From UHGV virus genome UHGV-0197611: a DNA stretch of 15,153 nucleotides, one strand, 5' to 3'. The notes beneath the pieces were generated by a model. The model ran no database searches and was not told the DNA's origin. It saw only the letters and a list, made by a program, of their open reading frames with translations. Positions 7,846-14,919 of this stretch are shown here, one piece after another. Made by a program: the position numbers and the translations under genes. This stretch comes from a virus. The stretch's first letter is position 1, and each line of letters begins with the position of its first letter.

Positions 7846-8355
7846 ATGGATCTTAACGTCATGGCATATCCAGAAAAATTCACAATCGCAGGAGTTGAAT
7901 ACAAGGGGAAAAGAAACTCAGCTGAAAAAAAAGTGCTAATCCCTTATACTGAAGAACCAGATATTAATATTGGAGATGAAATCACTCAAAAACTAGGGAA
8001 GGGGGAAATAATATTAAAAGTAATTGATATGTCATTTTTACCAGGAGGTACACTCAATGTTGGTACTAATCACCCTCACATGCTTACATTAAAAGTCGAG
8101 AATCTGACTGCTAATGAACATAAACCAAAACAATCTAGCCAAAATACATTTAACATTGGTAACATATCCGGTACACAGGTTCAACTCGGTGAGCATAACA
8201 ATCTTATTGTAAATCTCAGCATAACTGAACTTGTTGAAAAAGTTTCTCAATCACAAGATCCTCAGGCAAAAAATTTGCTTAAGGATTTACTAAATAATAG
8301 TACGGTAGCCAGTCTCGTTGGTGCTGGTGCGTCCGCCTTGTTAACAATGCTTTGA
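7846..8355 (+). CDS. Hypothetical protein (169 aa), second cassette gene; short hydrophobic small-residue C-terminal tail
   Basis: ATG at 7846 preceded by GAGGAG (7833-7838). Shares the module FNIGNISGTQVQLGEHNNLIV...KNLLKDLL with the upstream protein. Ends in TVASLVGAGASALLTML. Followed immediately by a strong hairpin. Confidence 0.8.
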   Translation: MDLNVMAYPEKFTIAGVEYKGKRNSAEKKVLIPYTEEPDINIGDEITQKLGKGEIILKVIDMSFLPGGTLNVGTNHPHMLTLKVENLTANEHKPKQSSQNTFNIGNISGTQVQLGEHNNLIVNLSITELVEKVSQSQDPQAKNLLKDLLNNSTVASLVGAGASALLTML

Positions 8356-8356
8356 G

Positions 8357-8388
8357 TATATGGCCTGGCAAAGAGCCAGGCCATATAA
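8357..8388. terminator. Bidirectional hairpin between convergent genes
   Basis: Perfect 13-bp stem TATATGGCCTGGC / GCCAGGCCATATA with 6-nt loop, 2 nt after the plus-strand stop (8353-8355) and 1 nt before the minus-strand stop (8390-8392). No long T-tract on either side. Confidence 0.55.
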
Positions 8389-8389
8389 T

Positions 8390-8650
8390 TCATTTCTCAC
8401 TCATCCAATTAGGAGGTAGTGGCATTTTTTTCCTTAAAACCTGCAAATGCTCAATCAAAACATTAACCTGCTCTTGATTTGTTGCAAGGATTTCATCTGA
8501 TAGCGTGCTACGAATAAAATCATGATGGTCAATCCACAGTAAACCACCATTTGCAAGGGCCTGACGGTACTGAGTGGTAGGCATTGAAGCAATATCATGA
8601 AGTCCGAATTGATCAAAATAATTGTTTATTTCATGCGTCAGAATCGGCAT
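8390..8650 (-). CDS. Hypothetical protein (86 aa)
   Basis: ATG at 8650-8648 with AGGAAG RBS. AT-rich. Located between the iteron origin and the cassette, convergent with the cassette. A tandem TTTATCTAA x2 (8664-8681) lies in its 5' leader. Confidence 0.6.
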   Translation of the reverse strand: MPILTHEINNYFDQFGLHDIASMPTTQYRQALANGGLLWIDHHDFIRSTLSDEILATNQEQVNVLIEHLQVLRKKMPLPPNWMSEK

Positions 8651-8792
8651 TATTTCTTCCTATTTTATCTAATTTATCTAATTTGTAGTCATTTTTAACC
8701 AGTATTCGGTCAAATCAAGCGCGTGTTTTTGTGTGCTTTACTGTCATAGTCTTTATCTCACAGCAGTAAATTAAAATTTTTGCGTTTTAACC

Positions 8793-9020
8793 CTTCACCT
8801 GTTCACCTTTTGATATTTTATCTTTTAATTCATAAGGTTAAGGGGTGAACAGTTTCACAAAAACTATTCACCAACTGTTCACCACTGTTCACCCTTGAAG
8901 CTCAATAAACAATCAAAAAGGTGAACAGTGAATAGTTTGGTGAACAGTTCATAAATAACTGTTCACCCTATAATATACTGATATAAAAGATATTTATGAC
9001 AGGGTGAACAGTGGTGAACA
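8793..9020. repeat. Iteron array / putative origin of replication (P4 type I-like octamer TGTTCACC)
   Basis: Nine perfect copies of TGTTCACC/GGTGAACA in both orientations (plus strand 8800, 8876, 8886, 8960; complement 8844, 8920, 8939, 9003, 9013), plus degenerate copies (8793, 8865, 8928), interspersed with AT-rich spacers and lying immediately 3' of the replication gene. Confidence 0.8.
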
Positions 9021-9034
9021 GTTATTCCATAAGT

Positions 9035-10852
9035 TTAATTTTTGCTATCGTCATTAGTGACCGATACACATGATGGCATCCAGTCTTCTGATTCCTCCGT
9101 CAGTGTCACGTTTGAACGCAAACCGTGCTTCGTTTTCCGTTTCATATACTCCCTGCCATATTCCGCCATTGCCCCCGGCATATCTTTACCGAAGCGCGTC
9201 AGTGTTACAGGTTTACCAAACCCATGTGCCCTCATATAAGCCAGATAGGCATGATAGAGATATCTGCGCGGGCTGAATGGCACAATTTCAGCATTACCCA
9301 CTAACAGGCCATCACACATTACCGACGCCATGAGATAGCCGCAGAAGTCCACCAGCGAATCCCCCTCTCGCTTTATCGCCAGTGCTTCTTCAGATTTCTG
9401 CTGCTCATATAACAGGCGTCTGGCTTCGTCCTGGTTAGCAAACCGTGTAAGCAGATGGCGAATCACTACCGCCAGCTCACCTTCTATTTTTTCCGCCAGC
9501 ATCGGATCACGTTCGTTCTCCGGTACAACTTCCGAAAAATTGAATATCACCCGACGACGTGAGATCCCCCCGCTGCGGTCACTGAATGACATGGCGTTAT
9601 TGTTAACCGCCAGCACTACTGCCGGAATACGCGTTGAGTAGGGAGCTTTGTGTTTCGGGTCAATTGCCACCTTGTCACCGCCTGTAATGGCCTTAATCCC
9701 TGCCCCATCACCAGCGTAGCGGGTCATATCCGGCATGATAATCAGAGAAAAGCCAACCACTAACGCACGTTCCCTTGCATCTTCCAGCGCCTTCATGCTT
9801 GCTGATACTGTATTAGCCTTACCCGCCAGCATGGTGCAAATCTCCGCCATTACGCTTTTACCGCTTCCACCAGGACCAGTTACCTCAATGAATAACTGCC
9901 AGTCATATCTGTTCGCCAGCACCATGAATAATGCCGCCAGTACACGATCCGCTTTGCGATCATTCTCAGCCACCGAACGGTGCAACCACTTCCAGAAATT
10001 CGGCGCATGTGTTGCCAGCGTTTCCCCCTCTGCTGGTGGGCTGAAAGGTAATTCACTGGCAATTAACAACCAGTCGTTTTTGTTATGCTCCCGAAAATTA
10101 CCTGTTCTGGTATCAAATACCCCGTTACTGAATCCAATCAAGTTACGGGCTGTATTCCCCATTACAGGCAAACTTAACTTCATGGTATCGACCGCTGATT
10201 TAATAGCGTTCTGTGAATAGCTGATCTCCGCATCAATGAAAATCTGCGCCATAGCACGCTGTAACTCTTTATCCTGAACCGGCTCCCATACAACGCCGTT
10301 GTAATGGTGAACAGTGTCAGAGTCAGCATGAATCGCCAGTTCACCACCATAATGTGCCAGGAGAACTTCGCCGCGTTGACTTGCTCCCATCTGGTTAAGC
10401 GCCAGTGATGAAGCGTTATCGTCTTTTACCCGCTCTTTTTTCTTTACAGGCAGTTCAACAACCTTTTTCTTTTCCGCCAGCTCTCCCCGCTCACGCTCCA
10501 GATATTCGCGCCAGTTCTCCCGTTTCTGGCTGTGCATTCCTTCAGGGTAATAATCAGCATCCCTGACACCTGCCGCTGCCAGTTTCTGCCCGATGGTATT
10601 AACAAGTCCCGGACGCAATAACCCCGCCTGATAGAGACGCACACGATAGCGTCCGTCTGGTACGATTTGCAGGTTGTCCAGTTCGGCAAGTTGTTGCTCT
10701 CCAAGCCAGACAGGTGGCACGTTATCGCCAGCCAGTCGCCCGTCCTGTTCCTGCCACTGCTTCGCATGTGCCCACGCATCACTACCCGCAAAAATGATGA
10801 CTTCCGTCATTTTGTCACGCGGTTGGTGTTTTAAATTTGGCGCTTTTTTCAT
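9035..10852 (-). CDS. Replication protein, P4-family primase C-terminal (D5_N-like) + SF3 helicase (alpha-like)
   Basis: 605 aa from ATG 10852-10850, which overlaps the upstream gene's stop (ATGA). The track start is an upstream GTG. Walker A GPGGSGKS and Walker B-like SLIIMPD. Iterons lie directly downstream. Confidence 0.88.
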   Translation of the reverse strand: MKKAPNLKHQPRDKMTEVIIFAGSDAWAHAKQWQEQDGRLAGDNVPPVWLGEQQLAELDNLQIVPDGRYRVRLYQAGLLRPGLVNTIGQKLAAAGVRDADYYPEGMHSQKRENWREYLERERGELAEKKKVVELPVKKKERVKDDNASSLALNQMGASQRGEVLLAHYGGELAIHADSDTVHHYNGVVWEPVQDKELQRAMAQIFIDAEISYSQNAIKSAVDTMKLSLPVMGNTARNLIGFSNGVFDTRTGNFREHNKNDWLLIASELPFSPPAEGETLATHAPNFWKWLHRSVAENDRKADRVLAALFMVLANRYDWQLFIEVTGPGGSGKSVMAEICTMLAGKANTVSASMKALEDARERALVVGFSLIIMPDMTRYAGDGAGIKAITGGDKVAIDPKHKAPYSTRIPAVVLAVNNNAMSFSDRSGGISRRRVIFNFSEVVPENERDPMLAEKIEGELAVVIRHLLTRFANQDEARRLLYEQQKSEEALAIKREGDSLVDFCGYLMASVMCDGLLVGNAEIVPFSPRRYLYHAYLAYMRAHGFGKPVTLTRFGKDMPGAMAEYGREYMKRKTKHGLRSNVTLTEESEDWMPSCVSVTNDDSKN

Positions 10853-11148
10853 TTCTGCTCTCTCCACGCGGCAATCATGTTTTTCAGTTCCTGTAGTTTT
10901 TTATCCACATCCACACGTGACACATGGTTATTTCTGGAAGGCGGGATTTCCCGCCCGAATCTGCAAATAAAGATCTCCACGTTCAGCGAGCTATGAAATG
11001 AATAGCCATCACGAATAAAGTACACACGGTCAAACATTATCGATTTTACTGTTACTCTGTTGCCGTTCTTATCCCGATAAATAGCGCCGGGGATAATTTT
11101 GGGATGTGCATAACCGCTGGCAGTCAAGCCAGATAAATACGTTCTCAT
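10849..11148 (-). CDS. Hypothetical protein (99 aa), translationally coupled to the replication gene
   Basis: ATG at 11148-11146. Stop overlaps the primase start. No recognisable motif. Confidence 0.6.
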   Translation of the reverse strand: MRTYLSGLTASGYAHPKIIPGAIYRDKNGNRVTVKSIMFDRVYFIRDGYSFHSSLNVEIFICRFGREIPPSRNNHVSRVDVDKKLQELKNMIAAWREQK

Positions 11149-11154
11149 GATTAT

Positions 11155-11475
11155 TTATCCCCGATTTGAATCAGTATTCGCTTTCTTTATGGCATTTAAT
11201 GCATCTGTGGCATTTTCAATGGTGCACCGTAACGAAATATCAAAATGTCCAAGCATTGCCAGTAACAAACCGATATTACCCATATCAATGCGCATGGCCT
11301 TTGCGTCATATTCCTCATTTTCTGACGCATGCCACATCAGGCTACCAATTGACGCAACAGCCATTGATATATTGTCAGTAGCCCCATCCGCAGCGGAATA
11401 AACCTTTTTAGCAATATCATGCTCACAGTTAAAATGCGGATTAATCAGGTACTGGTAATTTGACATATCAGGCAT
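11155..11475 (-). CDS. Hypothetical protein (106 aa)
   Basis: ATG at 11475-11473 preceded by strong SD AAGGAGGT with 5-nt spacing. Overlaps the stop of the upstream small ORF. Confidence 0.65.
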   Translation of the reverse strand: MPDMSNYQYLINPHFNCEHDIAKKVYSAADGATDNISMAVASIGSLMWHASENEEYDAKAMRIDMGNIGLLLAMLGHFDISLRCTIENATDALNAIKKANTDSNRG

Positions 11476-11671
11476 GGCGCACCTCCTTGCGGATACGGGC
11501 GGTGAACACCATCACGCAGCCAGCTGGGGATTGCTGGCGGGCTTCCTGTTCACTGGTGGCCACGATGGTAATCACACGCGGTTTTGCGGCGCTCAGGGCG
11601 ATAAAACGCCAGGTGAATTTATTCAGGTTGTGCGAATCCCGCCCTCGCGGGTGTGTGGTATGATTTAACAT
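11468..11671 (-). CDS. Small protein (67 aa), possibly Icd-like (host cell-division inhibitor family of P4-like elements)
   Basis: ATG at 11671-11669 with GAGGT RBS. Product MLNHTTHPRGRDSHNLNKFTWRFIALSAAKPRVITIVATSEQEARQQ... resembles my recollection of Icd-like proteins; not verified. It is the C-terminal part of an otherwise implausible 304-aa ORF. Confidence 0.45.
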   Translation of the reverse strand: MLNHTTHPRGRDSHNLNKFTWRFIALSAAKPRVITIVATSEQEARQQSPAGCVMVFTARIRKEVRHA

Positions 11672-11752
11672 AGCTACCTCGATAATCTTGCTATCGTTGG
11701 TGGTTAGACGCCCTACATGTGTTGCGAGCACTGCGGGGCGTTGCTCTTTTAG

Positions 11753-11798
11753 GTGTATTTCACCTTTGCTTTTTAATTTACTCACTGGTGAAATACAC
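11753..11798. promoter_or_regulatory. 12-bp perfect inverted repeat GTGTATTTCACC / GGTGAAATACAC with 22-bp spacer in the divergent regulatory region
   Basis: Read directly. Arms resemble the ori octamer (TTCACC core). Followed on the plus strand by T-runs and a TATACT -10-like hexamer (11829-11834) upstream of the small plus-strand gene. Confidence 0.5.
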
Positions 11799-11864
11799 TT
11801 CAAGCCTTTTTTTATCATTTTTTTTGCGTATACTGACATACACCAATTTTTAGGAGATCCAGAA

Positions 11865-12044
11865 ATGGCAACTGGTGCAAAGAACGCAAAATCACAAATG
11901 ACAACTGTCAGAATCCCACATGAAGTAATGGATGATATTGAGCAACTTAAAGAACCTGGCGAAAGTACCGCTGGTTTTTTAGTTACTGCCGCAAAAGGCG
12001 AGATCAAACGCCGCCAGCGGCGCAAGGCCAAAGAGCAGGAGTAA
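11865..12044 (+). CDS. Small charged protein (59 aa), candidate DNA-binding regulator
   Basis: ATG at 11865 preceded by AGGAG (11853-11857). Product MATGAKNAKSQMTTVRIPHEVMDDIEQLKEPGE...KRRQRRKAKEQE. Transcribed divergently from the replication operon. Confidence 0.5.
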   Translation: MATGAKNAKSQMTTVRIPHEVMDDIEQLKEPGESTAGFLVTAAKGEIKRRQRRKAKEQE

Positions 12045-12101
12045 CCATCACCAGCGCCGTGATGCGGTGAACTGTGGCGCACAGGGTTACAGGTATCTAC
12101 G

Positions 12102-12281
12102 ATGACTGACAAATTATTAAAGAAATTATCCTCATCTAGGAAAAAACAACGCAAAAATGCGGTAAACGAACATGAACCGGAGAGATTCGCACCATGTGCG
12201 TTTGTCCTTGAGAAGTACCTTAAAGAGTATTCCAGGAAAATATGCTCATTGCAGGCATGGCAACAAATCGATCCAGACTGA
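12102..12281 (+). CDS. Small hypothetical protein (59 aa)
   Basis: ORF not in the supplied track (below the size cut-off), found by reading the sequence: MTDKLLKKLSSSRKKQRKNAVNEHEPERF... Weak RBS. Lies between the upstream small gene and a plus-strand terminator. Confidence 0.3.
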   Translation: MTDKLLKKLSSSRKKQRKNAVNEHEPERFAPCAFVLEKYLKEYSRKICSLQAWQQIDPD

Positions 12282-12345
12282 TAGCATTGCCCACCAGCCG
12301 ACAACCTGGTATTCTGGATATGCTCAAGTTTAGTGTTATGCCACT

Positions 12346-12373
12346 GGCGACCGCCCCCGGTCGCCTTTGTTTT
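12346..12373 (+). terminator. Rho-independent terminator of the plus-strand small-gene unit
   Basis: Stem GGCGACCG-(CCCC)-CGGTCGCC followed by TTTGTTTT, located just before the convergent alpA stop. Confidence 0.65.
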
Positions 12374-12390
12374 ATATACCATAACTCACC

Positions 12391-12612
12391 TTACGCCGAT
12401 TTCAGTTGTGCTTTGGGTTGACGATCAAGCCAATCATTAACCTCAGACAGCAACCAACCGACAGAACGAGCCCCCAACTGACGACGGGCTGGAAACACCC
12501 CTTTCCTTTCCATCATATAACGCGTCGTTCGGCAAATACCGGTAAGGCGTCGGCATTCCTCCTCACGAATGATGCGATCAAATTGGTCTTGCGATGATTT
12601 AACTTTGCTCAT
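12391..12612 (-). CDS. alpA: AlpA-family transcriptional regulator (phage/prophage regulatory protein)
   Basis: 73 aa from ATG 12612-12610 (GAGGG upstream), containing ...CRRLTGICRTTRYMMERKGVFPARRQLGARSVGWLLSEVNDWL, which matches the AlpA HTH and SVGW signature. The track ORF extends further upstream. Confidence 0.85.
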   Translation of the reverse strand: MSKVKSSQDQFDRIIREEECRRLTGICRTTRYMMERKGVFPARRQLGARSVGWLLSEVNDWLDRQPKAQLKSA

Positions 12613-12674
12613 ATGGATATGCCCTCGTTTATTATCGTTCGAGAGCATATTGATAATATGCTTAGAATATTTAG

Positions 12675-12705
12675 GTGATATCACATATTTTATATGTGAT
12701 ATCAC
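12675..12705. promoter_or_regulatory. Paired palindromic operator-like sites GTGATATCAC x2 (12675-12684 and 12696-12705), centres 21 bp apart, upstream of alpA
   Basis: Read directly. The second copy overlaps the stop codon of the 245-aa gene. A further palindrome AGCATAT-TGATA-ATATGCT lies at 12644-12662. Confidence 0.5.
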
Positions 12706-13439
12706 GTTCGCCCTAAGTATTTAGCCCACGTATTCTTATCTGTTGCGGGAAGAAACACCCCTTTCATCGCTGCCGCAGCCTCTAAAACAGCGATCACTTT
12801 AGCAACTGGAGCAGTTCCAATATCTATATCATCCATTTCTGGAATTAGTTTGATTAATGCAGGGATCAACTCAGCTTTCTTCGCAAGAGTTTTTGGCGAT
12901 TCTCCCATTTTTCTTCCAGGCATGGTTCCAACATCTTTGATATGCTCCAAATCCTTAGCCATTACACATAAAAACCTTCTGTCGATCTCAATAGCCCCAT
13001 CACTCATAATTTGACATTCCCAGTTTTCTGATTCAGGACGAGTTGAAAAAAAAGATGATACTATCCTTGCATCATTGCCAATAAATTCAAGTTCAGAAAA
13101 ACTTTCCCGATTTAGATAGAAGAAACCGCAAAAATTCTTTGCAAGATAAGAAGCCACACCAAAATAATTTACCCATTCAAAATCGCTACCAACAGGCTTC
13201 ATCCCTGTAATTACCCAGCGATCCCCTTGCAACATCCCTCCAGAATCAACATCAATATTTTCAACTAATGATTTTGGTATAACTAGCGATTTACATGGAT
13301 GACAGTTTGGAAAATAAACAGAAATATTCAAAGCACCTATAGCAGCAAAATGATATATATCATTAAGCGTACATCCCAGCTTCTTTGCTGCTTCAGGCAA
13401 TGGATAATATATACGCTCAGGGATGCTTATCTTTTTCAT
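12702..13439 (-). CDS. Hypothetical protein (245 aa) with N-terminal HTH-like segment; between integrase and alpA
   Basis: ATG at 13439-13437 overlaps the integrase stop (ATGA). N-terminus PEAAKKLGCTLNDIYHFAAIGAL looks like a helix-turn-helix. More AT-rich than int and alpA by eye. Confidence 0.75.
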   Translation of the reverse strand: MKKISIPERIYYPLPEAAKKLGCTLNDIYHFAAIGALNISVYFPNCHPCKSLVIPKSLVENIDVDSGGMLQGDRWVITGMKPVGSDFEWVNYFGVASYLAKNFCGFFYLNRESFSELEFIGNDARIVSSFFSTRPESENWECQIMSDGAIEIDRRFLCVMAKDLEHIKDVGTMPGRKMGESPKTLAKKAELIPALIKLIPEMDDIDIGTAPVAKVIAVLEAAAAMKGVFLPATDKNTWAKYLGRT

Positions 13440-14659
13440 TTCGCTACCTTCAATATTTTTACATTTGAATACTGACCAGAAATAACCTCAAGCCGTTCCA
13501 TCCATTTATTTAGAGCGTCTAGTTTTTCTGGTAAGTACTGGCTACGATTGTATATGGCCATTACACCACCTAATGTGTGACCGAGAAGCTGTTCAACAAC
13601 ATGTGGTGCAATCCCCATGTTATTTAGTGTGGTAGCAAACGTCCTGCGCAGGTCGTGAAGTGTCCACGATTCAATATGCCCCAGACGCTTATATATCATC
13701 CTCCCCCATTGGCTGACAGCTTCTGGTTTCTTTATTTCACCCAACAAAAGACCTGAGTTTTTGTGTTGCTCTATAAGCTGTTGGATGAATGGGCGTATTA
13801 CCACTGGAATAGGGCGCAATATCTTCTCTCCGCCTTTGCTGTGTTCTTTAGGCACTGTCCAGATCCAATCCTTTAAATCCCACTCTGTAATACGTGACAA
13901 CCGAAGCTCCTGGGTTCGACATCCAAACACCACCAATAGACGCAACAACGATGAATAGTATGGTTTAAATTTCTTACCTGAACATTCCTGCCAAATATCT
14001 GCTAACTCTTGACTGCTGTGTTCCCTATCGCGCTTATTCTGTTTTCTACCAACATCATCGATAGTCAGGTCATCCAGAGCATTGCTAACCGCATAACGAT
14101 GTACGCGGCAAAACTTCAGAGCCTGCTTACACATCTGCAGCAAATAACCAGCTGCCACTGGAGCGTCATTCCTTACTCTAGCGAAACACTCCAGCCAATG
14201 CCGGGTTTCGCACATTGATAACGGATAATCACCTATATAGGGGAAAATATGCTTCCTCAGTTGCTCAATGTGTTTATCAACATTCGTGCGCTTGTAAACG
14301 GCGTATTCTCTGATCCAGTAATCCAGAGCCTCTTTTACCGTCACTGGTTTGAGTGTTTCATGTATTGCCACATTTAACCGATGCTTTGGATTTTTACCTT
14401 CAGCAAGCCATGCTCGACACTGTTCACGTTTCTCGCGCGCAGCTTTCAGAGAAAGATCCGGGTAGTTTCCAAGCTTAACACGCTGTGAATACGATTCACG
14501 CCCACCAATCCGGAAAGAGAAATACCAAGTAAGAACGCCAATTTTTGACACCTTGATACTCAATCCATCACCGTCAGCATAAAATCTATCTCTATCGATT
14601 TCCCTCCCCAGCATCTTACGCAACGATGTATCGCTTAATTTGTTCGTTCCTCCAGCCAT
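13436..14659 (-). CDS. int: Tyrosine site-specific integrase (P4-like)
   Basis: 407 aa from ATG 14659-14657 (AAGG upstream); the track start is an upstream alternative codon. C-terminal catalytic signature HDLRRTFAT...LLGHTLGGVMAIYNRSQY and a typical N-terminal arm-binding-like region. Confidence 0.92.
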   Translation of the reverse strand: MAGGTNKLSDTSLRKMLGREIDRDRFYADGDGLSIKVSKIGVLTWYFSFRIGGRESYSQRVKLGNYPDLSLKAAREKREQCRAWLAEGKNPKHRLNVAIHETLKPVTVKEALDYWIREYAVYKRTNVDKHIEQLRKHIFPYIGDYPLSMCETRHWLECFARVRNDAPVAAGYLLQMCKQALKFCRVHRYAVSNALDDLTIDDVGRKQNKRDREHSSQELADIWQECSGKKFKPYYSSLLRLLVVFGCRTQELRLSRITEWDLKDWIWTVPKEHSKGGEKILRPIPVVIRPFIQQLIEQHKNSGLLLGEIKKPEAVSQWGRMIYKRLGHIESWTLHDLRRTFATTLNNMGIAPHVVEQLLGHTLGGVMAIYNRSQYLPEKLDALNKWMERLEVISGQYSNVKILKVAK

Positions 14660-14685
14660 AGAAAACCTTAATTCATATTGAAAAC

Positions 14686-14707
14686 TGACTGCACCACTGA
14701 CTGCACA
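14686..14707. repeat. Int-proximal direct repeat copy 1: TGACTGCAC-C-ACTGACTGCAC-A (two tandem TGACTGCAC units)
   Basis: Identical 22-mer recurs at 14920-14941. Copy 1 lies 27 bp upstream of the int start codon. Confidence 0.75.
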
Positions 14708-14875
14708 CTTTAATATTACCCTATGAACAGAAATGAACAAAGGTAAACTAAAGAAACAACATTAATCATTTTATTCAATAAGTTATATAAACACTAACGA
14801 ACCATGACAAACTGTAAGAAACATAGGTTTTGATAATACGGCATGAACTAATTCAGGTTAGCTAAATGCTTGATT

Positions 14876-14912
14876 AAAAAGGCGCTACTCGGCATGGGGA
14901 AGCGCCTTTTTT
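14876..14912. terminator. Possible bidirectional intrinsic terminator
   Basis: AAAAA - GGCGCT - 14-nt loop - AGCGCC - TTTTTT. The stem is short and the loop long, so stability is uncertain. Confidence 0.4.
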
Positions 14913-14919
14913 ATTAAAA

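Noticed and set aside
8793-9020. Possibility that the repeat array is a CRISPR array
   Set aside because: Repeat units are only 8 bp, occur in both orientations with irregular spacing, and there are no cas genes. This is iteron architecture, not repeat-spacer architecture.
11468-12382. 304-aa minus-strand ORF spanning the divergent regulatory region
   Set aside because: Low-complexity Cys/Ser-rich translation that runs through an inverted repeat and antisense to two plus-strand small genes with good signals. Only its C-terminal 67 codons, which have their own RBS and ATG, are kept as a gene.
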